From Alphaproteobacteria bacterium (lineage in GTDB: Bacteria; Pseudomonadota; Alphaproteobacteria; CAAHEQ01; UBA3637), in assembly GCA_017467335.1 (NCBI GenBank), contig JAFTSJ010000034.1:1-56971 (forward strand): DNA of 56,971 bases, read 5' to 3'. A program made the translations under genes and the position numbers. The notes under the pieces are model-generated. The model worked only from the letters and a program-made list of their open reading frames with translations. It had not been told where the DNA came from and did no database searches. The first letter of the stretch is position 1, and each line of letters begins with the position of its first letter. Shown here piece after piece: positions 20,800 through 32,477 of this stretch.

Positions 20800-20904
20800 T
20801 TCCATCTCTCTGTTTATCAATTCACAGTTAATATATCTCTTTAATTTTACCAAAATCAAGGTTTTTCTTTTCATTTAAAAAAAAATGTGCTATATACACT
20901 GCAA

Positions 20905-21597
20905 ATGAATTGGAAGATATATCACTTTAACAGTGTCAAATCAACAAATGACACGGCTTGTTCTTATCCTATCGGAACGGTTGTTTTTGCAGACAAACAA
21001 ACAAACGGGCGTGGTCGTCATGGCCGTTTATGGATTAGTCAAGAAGGCAATTTATTCGTCAGTTTTGTTTTACCTGAATACGGCTATCAAACACCTCTTT
21101 TATCCTTTATAACAGCCGTGTCCGTCAAAGAAACACTGGACGATTTTGGTTTTTCATGTCAAATTAAATGGCCCAATGATATTTTACTCAACCACAAAAA
21201 AATTGCCGGTATTTTATTGGAACAACATGATGATAAAGTTATTGTCGGAATTGGTATCAATCTTAAAAATGCACCCTGCAATGATGATGTCTTATATCCG
21301 GCAACAGCGTTAAATACGTTGGTTGGCAAACATGAAATTATTTTAGCCCTCTGTCATAAAATAACAAAAAATTTATCGATTTTTAATCAAGACGGATTTG
21401 ATATAATTCGGCATAAATGGCTTCAGTCAGCCGTTGGTATTAACGAACGTATTTTTGTTCGCTTACCGCACGAAACAATATCCGGAGTCTTTACACAGTT
21501 AACGCCTCAGGGGGCGATTTCCCTGAAATTAGATGACGGTACCGTTCGTTTTATTACGGCCGGCGATGTTTTTTTTAACAAAAAGGAAATAACATGA
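20905..21597 (+). CDS. birA: Biotin-protein ligase (no HTH domain)
   Basis: STND, QTNGRGRHGRLW, IKWPND, KKIAGIL, GIGIN, TAGDV. Confidence 0.95.
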   Translation: MNWKIYHFNSVKSTNDTACSYPIGTVVFADKQTNGRGRHGRLWISQEGNLFVSFVLPEYGYQTPLLSFITAVSVKETLDDFGFSCQIKWPNDILLNHKKIAGILLEQHDDKVIVGIGINLKNAPCNDDVLYPATALNTLVGKHEIILALCHKITKNLSIFNQDGFDIIRHKWLQSAVGINERIFVRLPHETISGVFTQLTPQGAISLKLDDGTVRFITAGDVFFNKKEIT

Positions 21598-23276
21598 ATG
21601 AAATAATTGAAAATCAAACAATAACAATACCTCATGATAAACTTGTTTTTGTTCCGTTAGGCGGAGCAACCGGTATCGGGATGAATTTTTTTGCTTATGG
21701 ATACAAAAACAAGTGGTTACTTGTTGATTGCGGGGTTGGTTTCCCCGGTGATGGATTGCCTGGTGTTGACGTATTATTGCCCGACCCGATTTTTTTAGCC
21801 GATAAGAAAAAAGATATTGTCGGTTTGGTTTTAACACATGGTCACGAAGATCATTTAGGTGCTATTGGTTATTTATGGCACCAACTTCAATGTCCGATTT
21901 ATGCAACGGCATTCACAAATGAGTTATTAGAATCTAAACTAATGGAAACCGGTTTATTGGGTCGTGTTGATGTAACCGTTATCAATCAAGGAGAATGTTT
22001 AGATTTAAATCCGTTTGAAATTGAATTTATTGCTATGAGTCATTCCATTCCGGAATCATCGGCTTTAGCCATTCGCACGCAACAAGGGACTATTTTACAT
22101 ACCGGCGACTGGAAATGGGATTCTGATCCGATTTTAAATCAGGAAACAAACAAAAAACGGCTGAAAGAGTTAGGTCAAGAAGGTGTTTTGGCATTCGTTT
22201 GTGATTCAACCAATGTTTTTGGTGAAAAACAAACACTTACAGAACAAGATGTTCAAAATTCACTGATTGAATTGGTCCGTAAATACCACGGAAAACAAAT
22301 TGCTGTTGGTTGTTTTGCTTCAAATGTCAGTCGTATTCAAAGCATTTATCAAGCCGCAGTTCAAAACAATCGGGAAATTTGCTTACTGGGACGTAGTCTA
22401 TGGCGAATAGATGCTGCTGCTCGTGCAACCGGTTATTTTAAAGACATGCCTGAATTTTTATCAGAACAAGAAGCATTGGAACGACCAATCGGCAGTGTTC
22501 TTTATATCTGTACCGGTAGTCAGGGAGAACCTTATTCAGCGTTAAGTAATTTATCAACCTTAACACCGCAAAAAAACAGTGTTTATTTTGGTCCGGAAGA
22601 TGTGGTTATTTTTTCTTCCCGTATTATTCCCGGAAATGAAAAAGCCATTGCTTTATTACAAAAAAGATTTAAAGCAAAAGATGTTACTATCATCACGAAT
22701 CGAGAAGCATTAGTACATGTATCAGGTCACTATGCGGGACCGGATTTAATTGAAATGTATAAATTAGTCAAACCGCATATTGCTTTACCTGTTCATGGTG
22801 AAGCACGAGAATTGAACGAACATGCTTCTTTGGCAAAAAAGTGGCAGGTACCTTATTCTTTTGCACTTGAAGACGGGGAAATTTTAACACTTGAACAAGA
22901 ACCAAAAATCATCGGACAAACCGAAACCGGTATTTTAGCCGTTGACGGTAAAAAAATATTACCCCTCGGGGCAGAAGTTATTCGTAAAAGACGAAAAATG
23001 ATTGAAGATGGAACACTTGTTGTTACGGTTGTTTTAGATAAACAAGGCCACATTTTAGGTGATTTACATCTATCAACATTTGGTTTACTGGAAACAGGAA
23101 GTGATGATGAAACGGCTCTCAAAGAAAAAATCATACAAAACATTAACGAATTGGACAATTCTAACAAAGAACGTGATGATTTAATTGAAAATGCCGTTCG
23201 TACCGGCATTCGTCAATTTTTGAAAGAATTTTACGGTAAAAAACCACTTATTGAAGTTCATCTTGTTCGTATATAG
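21594..23276 (+). CDS. rnj: Ribonuclease J
   Basis: PLGG..IGMN, THGHEDHLG, HSIPE, TGDWK, TGSQGEP, IIPGNE, HVSGH, PVHGE. Confidence 0.95.
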   Translation: MNEIIENQTITIPHDKLVFVPLGGATGIGMNFFAYGYKNKWLLVDCGVGFPGDGLPGVDVLLPDPIFLADKKKDIVGLVLTHGHEDHLGAIGYLWHQLQCPIYATAFTNELLESKLMETGLLGRVDVTVINQGECLDLNPFEIEFIAMSHSIPESSALAIRTQQGTILHTGDWKWDSDPILNQETNKKRLKELGQEGVLAFVCDSTNVFGEKQTLTEQDVQNSLIELVRKYHGKQIAVGCFASNVSRIQSIYQAAVQNNREICLLGRSLWRIDAAARATGYFKDMPEFLSEQEALERPIGSVLYICTGSQGEPYSALSNLSTLTPQKNSVYFGPEDVVIFSSRIIPGNEKAIALLQKRFKAKDVTIITNREALVHVSGHYAGPDLIEMYKLVKPHIALPVHGEARELNEHASLAKKWQVPYSFALEDGEILTLEQEPKIIGQTETGILAVDGKKILPLGAEVIRKRRKMIEDGTLVVTVVLDKQGHILGDLHLSTFGLLETGSDDETALKEKIIQNINELDNSNKERDDLIENAVRTGIRQFLKEFYGKKPLIEVHLVRI

Positions 23277-23344
23277 GAAACTTGACTTATTTAAAATTTT
23301 ATGTCATAAAATACGGTATGTAACTTTTAAAAGGGGGTTATAAC

Positions 23345-24148
23345 ATGCAAAAATATAATGTGATTTGTATTAAATGGGGAACAGCTTATAAAGCAGATGA
23401 TGTTAACAAATTATGTTCCATGATTAAACGCAACACAAAGTTTGAAATTGACTTTTATTGTTTTACGGATAATTCGGTTGGGTTAAGAGATGATGTTATT
23501 GTCAAACCATTACCTCAATTTGAAAATGTCAAAAAAGGTGAAGAAGAATATGCTCAAAAATATGCTTATCGTAAAGAAGCAGCCCTATGTGATGATAAAT
23601 TAGGCGGATTAACCGGACAACGTGTTTTTTTCTTTGATTTAGATTCGTTAATTGTTGGTAATTTGGATGAATTTTTTGAATATCCGCAAGAAGATAAATT
23701 CTATATTATCAATGATTGGCATACAAAAGGTAATCATGTCGGACAAGCCAGTTGTTATTCATTTGTTGTCGGCACATTGGGATATATTAAACGTTATTTT
23801 GAAGAACATCCCAAAGAAATGGTTGAACGATTTTATACAGCTTCCCAAGAATATTTGTCTTATAAAGTCATTGAAAAAGAAGGTTCTTTAAATTTTTGGC
23901 CGGAAAATTGGTTTAAAAGTTTTCGTTTCCATTGCTTACCTAAATGGTATTTACGATTATTTGTGACATCTAAAATTCCACAGATTGAAGGTTTAAAAAT
24001 GATTGCTTTTCATGGTCTTCCCGGATTGGAAGATGCACAAAAAGGAATTTGGTGTTCAGATAAAACAGACAGGAAATACCCTCGGGGTTACAAAAAATTA
24101 TATAAACATCTGTTGCCTGTTCCATGGATAAGTGATTATTGGAAATAA
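23345..24148 (+). CDS. Putative GT-A glycosyltransferase
   Basis: VICIKWGTAY, FYCFTD, FFDLD (DxD), IAFHGLP. Confidence 0.75.
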   Translation: MQKYNVICIKWGTAYKADDVNKLCSMIKRNTKFEIDFYCFTDNSVGLRDDVIVKPLPQFENVKKGEEEYAQKYAYRKEAALCDDKLGGLTGQRVFFFDLDSLIVGNLDEFFEYPQEDKFYIINDWHTKGNHVGQASCYSFVVGTLGYIKRYFEEHPKEMVERFYTASQEYLSYKVIEKEGSLNFWPENWFKSFRFHCLPKWYLRLFVTSKIPQIEGLKMIAFHGLPGLEDAQKGIWCSDKTDRKYPRGYKKLYKHLLPVPWISDYWK

Positions 24149-24164
24149 TATATAAATGATAACT

Positions 24165-24212
24165 TTACCCTTGAAATCATTACCGCCATTGTGTTTTCAA
24201 GGGTAATTTTTT
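24165..24212. terminator. Terminator-like hairpin between convergent genes
   Basis: ttacccttgaaa ... tttcaagggtaa followed by a T tract. Confidence 0.6.
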
Positions 24213-24222
24213 AGGAACAATA

Positions 24223-25029
24223 TTATTTTGTTTTACGAAATGCCAAAATACGGATAATTCCCGATAAATCTTTGATTTGTTCAGCACAAATAAATTCGTG
24301 ATTTGTTTCCATTAAGTCAATAACATCTCTTTCCTGCCCCTGTCCGATTTCAAAAAATATCATACCGTCATCTTTTAAAAGCAACGGTAATGTCTTTGAC
24401 AAATAACGATAGGCATCTAATCCATCTACACCACCATCTAAAGCTGATAAAGGATCAAATTGACGGACAGCGATATCTAATAAAGCAATATCATCTGTTT
24501 TAATATACGGTGGATTCGAAACAATAATATCAAACTTTGCATAATCTTGTCCAAAACAGGAATCCGTAAAATCATCCATTTTAAATTCTGCTCGACATGA
24601 CACATCATTTTGTCGAGCAATCTTTAATGCCTCTTTTGATTTATCAATTCCCAATCCTTGAGCATTGGGATATTCATCCAGCAACGTTAACAAGAGGCAA
24701 CCACTACCCGTTCCAATATCTAAAATGGATAATTTTTGTTTTTTATCAGTATAATATTTCAAAACAGCTTCAATGAGTGTTTCCGAATCCGGTCGTGGGT
24801 CTAATACATCTTTGGAAACAATAAAATCACGTTTCCAAAAACCTCGTTGTCCCAAAATTTTAGAAACCGGTTCGCCTTGCTTTCTGCGACAAATAAAGTC
24901 AGATATTTGAAGCGATGTCGGATTTCCATTATAATATGAACAAAAAAAACGAGCATCTAAAACAGGCGTATCCGAATAATCGGATATGCGTGTTGCAATC
25001 ATGTTAATTATATCGGAATTATACATCAA
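24223..25029 (-). CDS. prmC: Release factor glutamine N5-methyltransferase
   Basis: [36 protein letters not shown]; directly after prfA. Confidence 0.95.
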   Translation of the reverse strand: MMYNSDIINMIATRISDYSDTPVLDARFFCSYYNGNPTSLQISDFICRRKQGEPVSKILGQRGFWKRDFIVSKDVLDPRPDSETLIEAVLKYYTDKKQKLSILDIGTGSGCLLLTLLDEYPNAQGLGIDKSKEALKIARQNDVSCRAEFKMDDFTDSCFGQDYAKFDIIVSNPPYIKTDDIALLDIAVRQFDPLSALDGGVDGLDAYRYLSKTLPLLLKDDGMIFFEIGQGQERDVIDLMETNHEFICAEQIKDLSGIIRILAFRKTK

Positions 25030-26092
25030 TTTCAGCCAAACGAGCCATTTGATCTTCTGTTATCAACGATTCAATAAAATCATCCAAACCGACACCGTCC
25101 ATAACTTCTGTCAATTGATAAGATGTCTTATTGATACGGTGGTCCGTAACACGCCCTTGAGGGAAATTATATGTACGAATACGTTCTGAACGGTCACCTG
25201 AACCAACTTGATTTTTACGATTTTGAGAACGTTCACTATCCAAAGCCTGTCTTTGCATATCATATAATGCCGTTCTTAAACGCATTAACGCCTTATCCTT
25301 GTTTTTAAATTGTGACCGTTCTTCCTGACATTCAACAGCAATTCCCGTTGGTTTATGAACAATTCGAATGGCACTATCCGTCTTATTAACATGTTGCCCA
25401 CCGGCACCGGAAGCACGACATGTTGTAATTTCCAAATCAGCTTCATTGATTTGCACATCAACTTCCTGTGCTTCCGGCAAAACAGCAACCGTAGCCGCTG
25501 ATGTGTGAACACGTCCGCCCGATTCGGTTTCCGGTACACGTTGAACACGATGTGCTCCCGATTCAAATTTTAGACGAGCAAAAACAGATTTACCACTAAT
25601 TTGAGCAACGGCTTCTTTATATCCGCCTAATCCCGTTTCATTTAAGGATAATACTTCAAATTGCCAATGCTTTAATGTAGCATATCGTTCATACATACGG
25701 AATAATTCCGCCCCAAATAAAGCGGCTTCTTCACCACCTGTTCCGGCTCGTACTTCTAAAATAACATTTCGGTCATCCGCTTCATCTTTAGGCAATAATA
25801 AAATTTGTATTTCCCTTTCCATCAATGGAATTCGTTCTTTTAAAGAATATAATTCTTCTTGTGCCATTTGACGAAAATCTTCATCCGTTGATTCGTCAGC
25901 CAACAACGCTTCGGCATCTTTCATGTCCGATAACATTTTTTTATAAACCAATCCCTGTGCGTGAATTTCTTCCAATGAACTTAATTCTTTTGATAATTTC
26001 ACAAATTCATCACCGGTTGCCCCTTGAGCCAATAAGGCCGTTAATTCATCATAACGGGCAATAATCGGTTCTAATTTTTGCTCAAAATTCAT
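25019..26092 (-). CDS. prfA: Peptide chain release factor 1
   Basis: [17 protein letters not shown] (PxT), [15 protein letters not shown]. Confidence 0.97.
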   Translation of the reverse strand: MNFEQKLEPIIARYDELTALLAQGATGDEFVKLSKELSSLEEIHAQGLVYKKMLSDMKDAEALLADESTDEDFRQMAQEELYSLKERIPLMEREIQILLLPKDEADDRNVILEVRAGTGGEEAALFGAELFRMYERYATLKHWQFEVLSLNETGLGGYKEAVAQISGKSVFARLKFESGAHRVQRVPETESGGRVHTSAATVAVLPEAQEVDVQINEADLEITTCRASGAGGQHVNKTDSAIRIVHKPTGIAVECQEERSQFKNKDKALMRLRTALYDMQRQALDSERSQNRKNQVGSGDRSERIRTYNFPQGRVTDHRINKTSYQLTEVMDGVGLDDFIESLITEDQMARLAEIDV

Positions 26093-26139
26093 AAAAACAC
26101 TCCTGCTTTTTTCTATGTATCATTAAAAATATAACGGCT

Positions 26140-27057
26140 TTACTTAAATGTTTCCGGTTTTAAAATAATGTTATTTTTAACCGTTTCCGTTGAAGATAAT
26201 ACTCCTTTAGATATGCCGTCAACATAAACTTCCAATCCACGGGCATTGCCTGTTCGCATAATTAAATTTTCTTTATCAACGGGAACAAAATAACCGTCTC
26301 CCTTAGACATAATCTGATTGAAAACAAGCGTATTGCCGTCTTTAATATCAAACCAAACTCTATCCTTGGCAATTAAAACTATTCGGGCACCGGCAGGCTG
26401 TCCATATGCTTTTCCTGTCAAATCTTTATATTCTTTTTCTGACGTCTTATCATCCGAATCTGATACTAAAACATCTGTTTCATCAGACACAATCGTATCA
26501 GTTGCCACAACAGCCGTTTCCAATGGTAAAACGGCATTTAATTCTTCACTCAACACCGTTGTTTTTTGAGCCAGCATCGTATCAATTTCAATAGGAGCTT
26601 TTTCAATCATATTCGGTTGCGTTACAACTTCCATCGGTTCTGCTGATAATATCAATTCATCATTTTGTTCACAGCAAGACCAAACATACCACCCTAAACA
26701 TAAAATAAAAAGTAAAATAAAACTAAACGAAATTATCTTCTTGGACGGCAAAACATTTTGTTTTTCAGGTATTGGCGTTTGGGTATCAAGACTGACTAAA
26801 GATTCAGTTTCTTTTTTAATACGTTCGACAAGAGGGGTAGCTTCTAATCCCAAATACGAAGCATATGTTCTTAAAAAACCAATTCCGTAAACCAAAGCCG
26901 GAAAAACCGTATAATCATTTGTTTCCAAAGCAATAACAAAACTTTCCCGAATACGCAAATGATTTGCAACCGTTTTAACATCCAGTTTCTTTGCGATTCT
27001 TTCACGCCGTAATTCATCACCGACCGTATCGAATAATGTTTTTTCCGTTTGTTCCAT
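26140..27057 (-). CDS. rodZ: RodZ-like protein (HTH-TM-DUF4115)
   Basis: VGDELRRER...YGIGFLRTYASYLGL, a TM segment, C-terminal RTGNARGL. Confidence 0.85.
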   Translation of the reverse strand: MEQTEKTLFDTVGDELRRERIAKKLDVKTVANHLRIRESFVIALETNDYTVFPALVYGIGFLRTYASYLGLEATPLVERIKKETESLVSLDTQTPIPEKQNVLPSKKIISFSFILLFILCLGWYVWSCCEQNDELILSAEPMEVVTQPNMIEKAPIEIDTMLAQKTTVLSEELNAVLPLETAVVATDTIVSDETDVLVSDSDDKTSEKEYKDLTGKAYGQPAGARIVLIAKDRVWFDIKDGNTLVFNQIMSKGDGYFVPVDKENLIMRTGNARGLEVYVDGISKGVLSSTETVKNNIILKPETFK

Positions 27058-27105
27058 CTTTTATACCCTTGTTTAGTTTTTTTCAGATATGTTTATACAT
27101 GATTT

Positions 27106-27816
27106 TTACAATATTGTCCACCATAATTTCGTGTAAATGAGAAAGAAAACGATGATACCGGCCAAACCTAATGACGGACCAAACGCATCTGCCCGAACAC
27201 GTTTTAAAAAAGCCGTACAAACAAAGAATACAAAGGATAAAACAAGGACGGCATTTAATCCGACAATCCCAAACCAAGCGCCTAATGCCGTCAACATTTT
27301 AACATCACCGGCACCAAATTCTCCTTTTTTAAAAAAGGACATAACAAAAACGGAAACAGTTGATAACGCATAACCGAACCACGCTCCACACAATCGTTCG
27401 CCCATGGTTAGTCCGTCAAACGGAGAAAAATAAGCCGATGTAACCCCTAACAACAACAAAGGAATTGTAAAAAAATCAGGCAGTAAATAATATTGTTGAT
27501 CAACCGTCATCAACAAAGCCGTTATATAGATGAAAATATAACCCCAAACACGCATATCAGACGGAATAAAGACATGAACACACCCAAACAATCCCATCAA
27601 AACAACACCCCAAATAACCGAAAAGATTATCAAACGTTTCCACTTTGATTTGAACAATTGAACCCGTGCCGGATTAGTTGATTTCGGAAAACGGGGTTTA
27701 TGCCATAACATTGCACATATCAAACCGGGATCAGCCGGTAAAATTTTACCAAACCGACTGGCAATAGAAGGCACAGTCAAACCTAAAACAAGTCCGATAA
27801 AAAGCATAGCAACCAT
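27106..27816 (-). CDS. Prepilin peptidase (A24 family)
   Basis: Multi-TM; TVDQQYYLLPD and FGAGDVKM catalytic Asp motifs; AFGPSL. Confidence 0.85.
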   Translation of the reverse strand: MVAMLFIGLVLGLTVPSIASRFGKILPADPGLICAMLWHKPRFPKSTNPARVQLFKSKWKRLIIFSVIWGVVLMGLFGCVHVFIPSDMRVWGYIFIYITALLMTVDQQYYLLPDFFTIPLLLLGVTSAYFSPFDGLTMGERLCGAWFGYALSTVSVFVMSFFKKGEFGAGDVKMLTALGAWFGIVGLNAVLVLSFVFFVCTAFLKRVRADAFGPSLGLAGIIVFFLIYTKLWWTIL

Positions 27817-27988
27817 TTATAAATCCTTTCATTGTTGATTTTTTTTCAAACTATCTTATATTCATTTAAAAAGCAATCTTTTTTGTAAAAACGATGTTAT
27901 TTTGTCCCAATGAGATATTTTTGCTTGAAAAAATAAAGAAACTGATATACTTTCATAAAGAACGTTTAATAAGAAAATGGAGAAAAAT

Positions 27989-28444
27989 ATGATTCGAGAA
28001 CAACTAAAAAAAGCCCTTATTGATGCTTTAAAAAATAAAGAAGAAAAAAAGACAGCCACTATCCGATTGATTAACGCTGCTATCAAAGATAAAGATATTG
28101 AAGCACGCCCCAAAGGTATTACGGATGGTATTGACGACAACGCTATTTTATCTCTTTTGCAGGGCATGGTTAAACAACGCAAAGAAAGTATCGAGATGTA
28201 TAAACAAGGTAATCGTTCGGATTTGGTTGAAGCTGAACAAGCTGAAATTGACATCATCAACCAATTTTTACCCCAGCAAATGTCCGAAGAAGAAACAAAA
28301 ACAGCTATTTCAACCGTTATCCAAAGTGTTGGAGCAACATCCATCAAAGACATGGGAAAAGTCATGGCGGCTTTAAAAGCTCAATATGCCGGCAAAATGG
28401 ATTTTGCTTTAGCTTCACAACAAATCAAGGCTTTACTTTCATAA
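27989..28444 (+). CDS. GatB/YqeY domain protein
   Basis: MVKQRKESIEMY.QGNR.DL, FLPQQMS, SIKDMGKVM; ATG 27989 after GGAG. Confidence 0.92.
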   Translation: MIREQLKKALIDALKNKEEKKTATIRLINAAIKDKDIEARPKGITDGIDDNAILSLLQGMVKQRKESIEMYKQGNRSDLVEAEQAEIDIINQFLPQQMSEEETKTAISTVIQSVGATSIKDMGKVMAALKAQYAGKMDFALASQQIKALLS

Positions 28445-30190
28445 ATGGCATTTCCTCCTCGCTTTTTGGATGAATTACGTGAACGAATCACGCTTTCGCA
28501 ACTTATCGGTAAAAAAGTTAAACTGATGAAACGGGGGCGTGAATATACGGGATTGTGTCCGTTCCATCATGAAAAAACACCTTCTTTTACCATTAATGAT
28601 GATAAGGGATTTTATCATTGTTTCGGGTGTGGTGCTCATGGGGATATTATCCGATACATGACGGATTGTGAAAAAATGCCGTTTATGGAAGCGATTGAAT
28701 ATTTGGCTCACATGGCAGGAATGGAAATCCCGAAAGCTACAACAGTTTCCCCCGAACGAAAAGCCGAATATCAAACAGAACTTCAACTCATGGAGGAAGC
28801 CTGTTTATTTTTTCAAAAAGCACTTTTTTCCGAGAGAGGAAAAAAAGCACGTGATTACTTAAAAAGCAGAGGAATAACAGCTGAAGTCGCTAAATCTTTT
28901 CGTTTAGGATATGCCCCATCCGGTTCGGCGTTACTTGCCTATTTTAATGAAAAAAAATTATCGGTTGCAAAGGGCATACAGCTGGGATTGATTGTTCAAG
29001 CACAAGAACGAAAAACGCAACATGACTATTTTTACGATCGAATTATGTTTCCCATTCTTAATCGCAGAAAACAAGTCATTGCTTTTGGCGGACGCTTGAT
29101 GGAAAAAGGGGAACCCAAATATTTAAATTCACCCGAAACAACTTTATTTCATAAGGGAGAACAATTATACGCCCTACCCCAAGCTATTGAAACCATACGC
29201 AAAAAAAATCAAGCTGTTTTGGTTGAGGGATACATGGATGTTATCGCCTTACATAGTGCTGGCTTCACAAATGCCGTTGCTCCGTTAGGGACAGCCTTTA
29301 CGGAAAACCAAATAAAATTACTTTGGCAATCATGTGACGAACCGTTAATTTGTTTTGACGGGGATACAGCCGGACGAAAAGCAACCATTCGAGCCATGAA
29401 CAGAGCCATTCCCATTCTGGTTCCCGGCAAATCAATGCAATTTGTTTTTTTACCGGACACGTTCGATCCGGATGACATGATTCGTAAAAAATCCCCGCAA
29501 GCCTTTCAAGAAGCCATTAACAATGCAAAATCACTATCTTACACGTTATGGAATTCATTGATTGAGGGTCGTTCTTTAGATACCCCTGAACGGCGAGCTA
29601 AATTAGAAAAAGATGCAACAGAACTGATTGAAAAAATACAACATGAAAAAGTACGGTCATATTATCTTAAAGATTTAAAACAAAAATTATGGCAACTGGA
29701 ACATCAGCAAAAAACAAACAAACGATCGCTATCTTTCAGAGAAGCCCAAACCATTACCAAACCCAAAGCAGATATGCTTGAAGGACGGATGTTATTGGCT
29801 TACTTGATTTGTTATCCGCAAACGGCACAAAATTTTATTGAAGATATATCCGATTTACATTTAACGGAAAACGTTATGCAGTCTATGTTTTCAAAAACCA
29901 TTAACTTGTTGATTGAAAATCCGGATATAACATCCGAACAAATACAAAAATCAGTCCTTCAAGATAAACCGGAAACATTTCCTGAAATTGAAATGTTACA
30001 AAAATCCAATCGAAACCAAATTGATGTACAAAACGAATTGGAAAAATGGATACAAGCCTTTCGATTTAAAGCATTACAAAATGAAAAAGAAATAAAGTTA
30101 CAAGAATTTACACAAAATCCGACATCGGAATTATGGAATCAAATTGTCAATTTGAAAAAAGAAATCGAAAAATTGTCAACCTCCGAATAA
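28445..30190 (+). CDS. dnaG: DNA primase
   Basis: CPFHHEKTPSF/CFGC zinc finger, KYLNSPET, VEGYMDV, FDGD.AG, DPDD. Confidence 0.97.
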   Translation: MAFPPRFLDELRERITLSQLIGKKVKLMKRGREYTGLCPFHHEKTPSFTINDDKGFYHCFGCGAHGDIIRYMTDCEKMPFMEAIEYLAHMAGMEIPKATTVSPERKAEYQTELQLMEEACLFFQKALFSERGKKARDYLKSRGITAEVAKSFRLGYAPSGSALLAYFNEKKLSVAKGIQLGLIVQAQERKTQHDYFYDRIMFPILNRRKQVIAFGGRLMEKGEPKYLNSPETTLFHKGEQLYALPQAIETIRKKNQAVLVEGYMDVIALHSAGFTNAVAPLGTAFTENQIKLLWQSCDEPLICFDGDTAGRKATIRAMNRAIPILVPGKSMQFVFLPDTFDPDDMIRKKSPQAFQEAINNAKSLSYTLWNSLIEGRSLDTPERRAKLEKDATELIEKIQHEKVRSYYLKDLKQKLWQLEHQQKTNKRSLSFREAQTITKPKADMLEGRMLLAYLICYPQTAQNFIEDISDLHLTENVMQSMFSKTINLLIENPDITSEQIQKSVLQDKPETFPEIEMLQKSNRNQIDVQNELEKWIQAFRFKALQNEKEIKLQEFTQNPTSELWNQIVNLKKEIEKLSTSE

Positions 30191-30196
30191 AAATGA

Positions 30197-30225
30197 TTGA
30201 CAACACTTATAAAAATGTATATAAT
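30197..30225 (+). promoter_or_regulatory. Consensus sigma70 promoter of rpoD
   Basis: TTGACA-17 bp-TATAAT. Confidence 0.8.
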
Positions 30226-30268
30226 ATAGAAAATTTTTATATTTTATTTTTCCGTGGTTGGTGTGCAC

Positions 30269-32431
30269 ATGAATTTTTACTCAGAAAACGGTCATTTATC
30301 CGGCAAACACTCTCATACAACGGCTGATGCCAAACTATCAATGAAAAAGCTGATTGAAAAAGGTAAAGAACGAGGTTTCATTTCTATAACGGAACTACGT
30401 AAAAATTTACCTACCGAATCGCAAAGTGAAGAAACATTCGAACTTATTTTGTCTTCATTTACTGACATGGGCATCAATGTTGTTGACAGCCATGATGATT
30501 TAACGGATTTAACAGAAAGTTTATCCAACAAATCTGCTTTAACGACACTGGATGCCGAAGATGAAAATGTGGGCGAAGTTGATGTTAACAGTCGGATTAA
30601 CGACCCTGTCCGTTTATATTTACGGGAAATGGGAGCCGTTGAATTACTTTCCCGTGAAGGGGAAGTTGCCATCGCTAAACGAATCAGTGCCGGTTTTGAT
30701 GTTATGATGAGCGGATTATCTGAAAGTGCTTTAACAATGAAAGCCATTTCTCTTTGGAATCAACGGCTCCATAACGGCACTATGTTTTTACGTGAAATCA
30801 TTGATTTAGAAGCGACTTTTGAATCAAATCCCAACAAAGAAGATTTAGATAAGGCTGAACAAATTCGTCAAACAGCCAGTTTAGAATTAGCAAAGTTGGA
30901 AAAATCAGCCGGTGTTTTGAACAAAACACCGATTGAAGCCGTTAATCAAACACCGTTAAACGATGATTTTGAAATTGTTGAAGAAGAAATCGAAGAAGAA
31001 ACCGATGATGAAACCGATGATATGTCTGCCGAATCCGTTTCAGATGACGATTCAGATATAAGCGATGATGACATAACGGAAATCGATGACTCAGAAACAG
31101 ACGAAATCGAAGAAACACACGATACAGAAGATGACGAAGATGATGAATACGCTGAAAATTCATTATCTATCGGACAAATGGAAGAATCTTTATTACCTCA
31201 AATTTTGATTTCTTTCCAAGAAATTGAAAATCTTTATAAAGATTTTGTTGTTGCACAACAAGAACGACTGGCTCTTATTTTAGCGAATAAACAAGTTACC
31301 GCATCAATCGAAGAAAAATACAATAATCTTAAAAATGAATTAACACTGAAATTAAAAGATATTCATTTAAATCCCAATCGAATTGAAGAATTGATTGAAC
31401 AAATCAATGAAGTCAATCAACGGTTGATTGTTTTGGAAGGACGTTTACTACGTTTAGCAACTGCCTCCAAAATTGAGCGGGAAGATTTTTTGGAATTTTA
31501 CCAAAACAGTGAAATGGATACTGATTGGATAAAAAAAGCCGAAAAGAAAAACAACAAAAATTGGAAAACGTTTATTGACCGCAATGGTGATGAAATTCAA
31601 GAAATCAGAACAGCCATTCAACACATTGTTGAAGAAGTTAAAATGCCGATTTCAGAATATCGCCGACTGGTAACAACCGTAAAAAAAGGACGGCAAGAAA
31701 CAAATAAAGCTAAACAGGAAATGATTGAAGCCAATTTACGGTTGGTTATTTCTATTTCCAAAAAATATACAAACCGTGGATTGCAATTTTTAGATTTGAT
31801 TCAAGAAGGGAACATCGGTTTGATGAAAGCTGTTGATAAATTTGAATATCAACGAGGATATAAATTTTCAACGTATGCAACTTGGTGGATTCGTCAGTCT
31901 ATTACACGAGCCATCGCTGATCAGGCACGTACTATTCGCATTCCTGTTCATATGATTGAAACAATCAATAAGATGTTAAAAACAGGTCGTCAAATGATGT
32001 TGGAAACAGGTCATGAACCGACTCCGGAAGAATTGGCTCCTCGCATCAATTTATCTGTTGATAAGATTAAAAAAGTTATGAAAATTGCAAAGGAACCGAT
32101 TTCACTTGAAACACCGGTTGGTGATGAAGAAGATTCACATTTAGGAGATTTTATCGAAGATAAAAACACCATTCAACCTCTTGAAGCTGCTATTCAAACG
32201 AATTTGCGTCAATCCTGCACAGCTGTTTTATCAACACTTTCACCCCGTGAAGAACGTGTTTTGCGTATGCGTTTTGGGATTGGTATGAATTCTGATCATA
32301 CATTAGAAGAAGTCGGATTACAATTTGCTGTTACACGTGAACGAATCCGTCAGATTGAAGCCAAAGCTTTACGAAAGTTAAAACATCCGACTCGGTCCAG
32401 AAAATTACGCAGTTTCCTTGAAGAAGGTTAA
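30269..32431 (+). CDS. rpoD: RNA polymerase primary sigma factor
   Basis: [52 protein letters not shown]. Confidence 0.97.
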   Translation: MNFYSENGHLSGKHSHTTADAKLSMKKLIEKGKERGFISITELRKNLPTESQSEETFELILSSFTDMGINVVDSHDDLTDLTESLSNKSALTTLDAEDENVGEVDVNSRINDPVRLYLREMGAVELLSREGEVAIAKRISAGFDVMMSGLSESALTMKAISLWNQRLHNGTMFLREIIDLEATFESNPNKEDLDKAEQIRQTASLELAKLEKSAGVLNKTPIEAVNQTPLNDDFEIVEEEIEEETDDETDDMSAESVSDDDSDISDDDITEIDDSETDEIEETHDTEDDEDDEYAENSLSIGQMEESLLPQILISFQEIENLYKDFVVAQQERLALILANKQVTASIEEKYNNLKNELTLKLKDIHLNPNRIEELIEQINEVNQRLIVLEGRLLRLATASKIEREDFLEFYQNSEMDTDWIKKAEKKNNKNWKTFIDRNGDEIQEIRTAIQHIVEEVKMPISEYRRLVTTVKKGRQETNKAKQEMIEANLRLVISISKKYTNRGLQFLDLIQEGNIGLMKAVDKFEYQRGYKFSTYATWWIRQSITRAIADQARTIRIPVHMIETINKMLKTGRQMMLETGHEPTPEELAPRINLSVDKIKKVMKIAKEPISLETPVGDEEDSHLGDFIEDKNTIQPLEAAIQTNLRQSCTAVLSTLSPREERVLRMRFGIGMNSDHTLEEVGLQFAVTRERIRQIEAKALRKLKHPTRSRKLRSFLEEG

Positions 32432-32436
32432 AAAAT

Positions 32437-32467
32437 AAAAAGGCAATTACGATGTAATTGCCTTTTT
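32437..32467. terminator. Bidirectional intrinsic terminator
   Basis: aaaaaggcaattac-gat-gtaattgccttttt. Confidence 0.85.
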
Positions 32468-32477
32468 TCATACTTTA

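Noticed and set aside
30940-31160. D/E-rich quasi-repeat in rpoD
   Set aside because: Ordinary acidic non-conserved region of proteobacterial sigma70; not a tandem array
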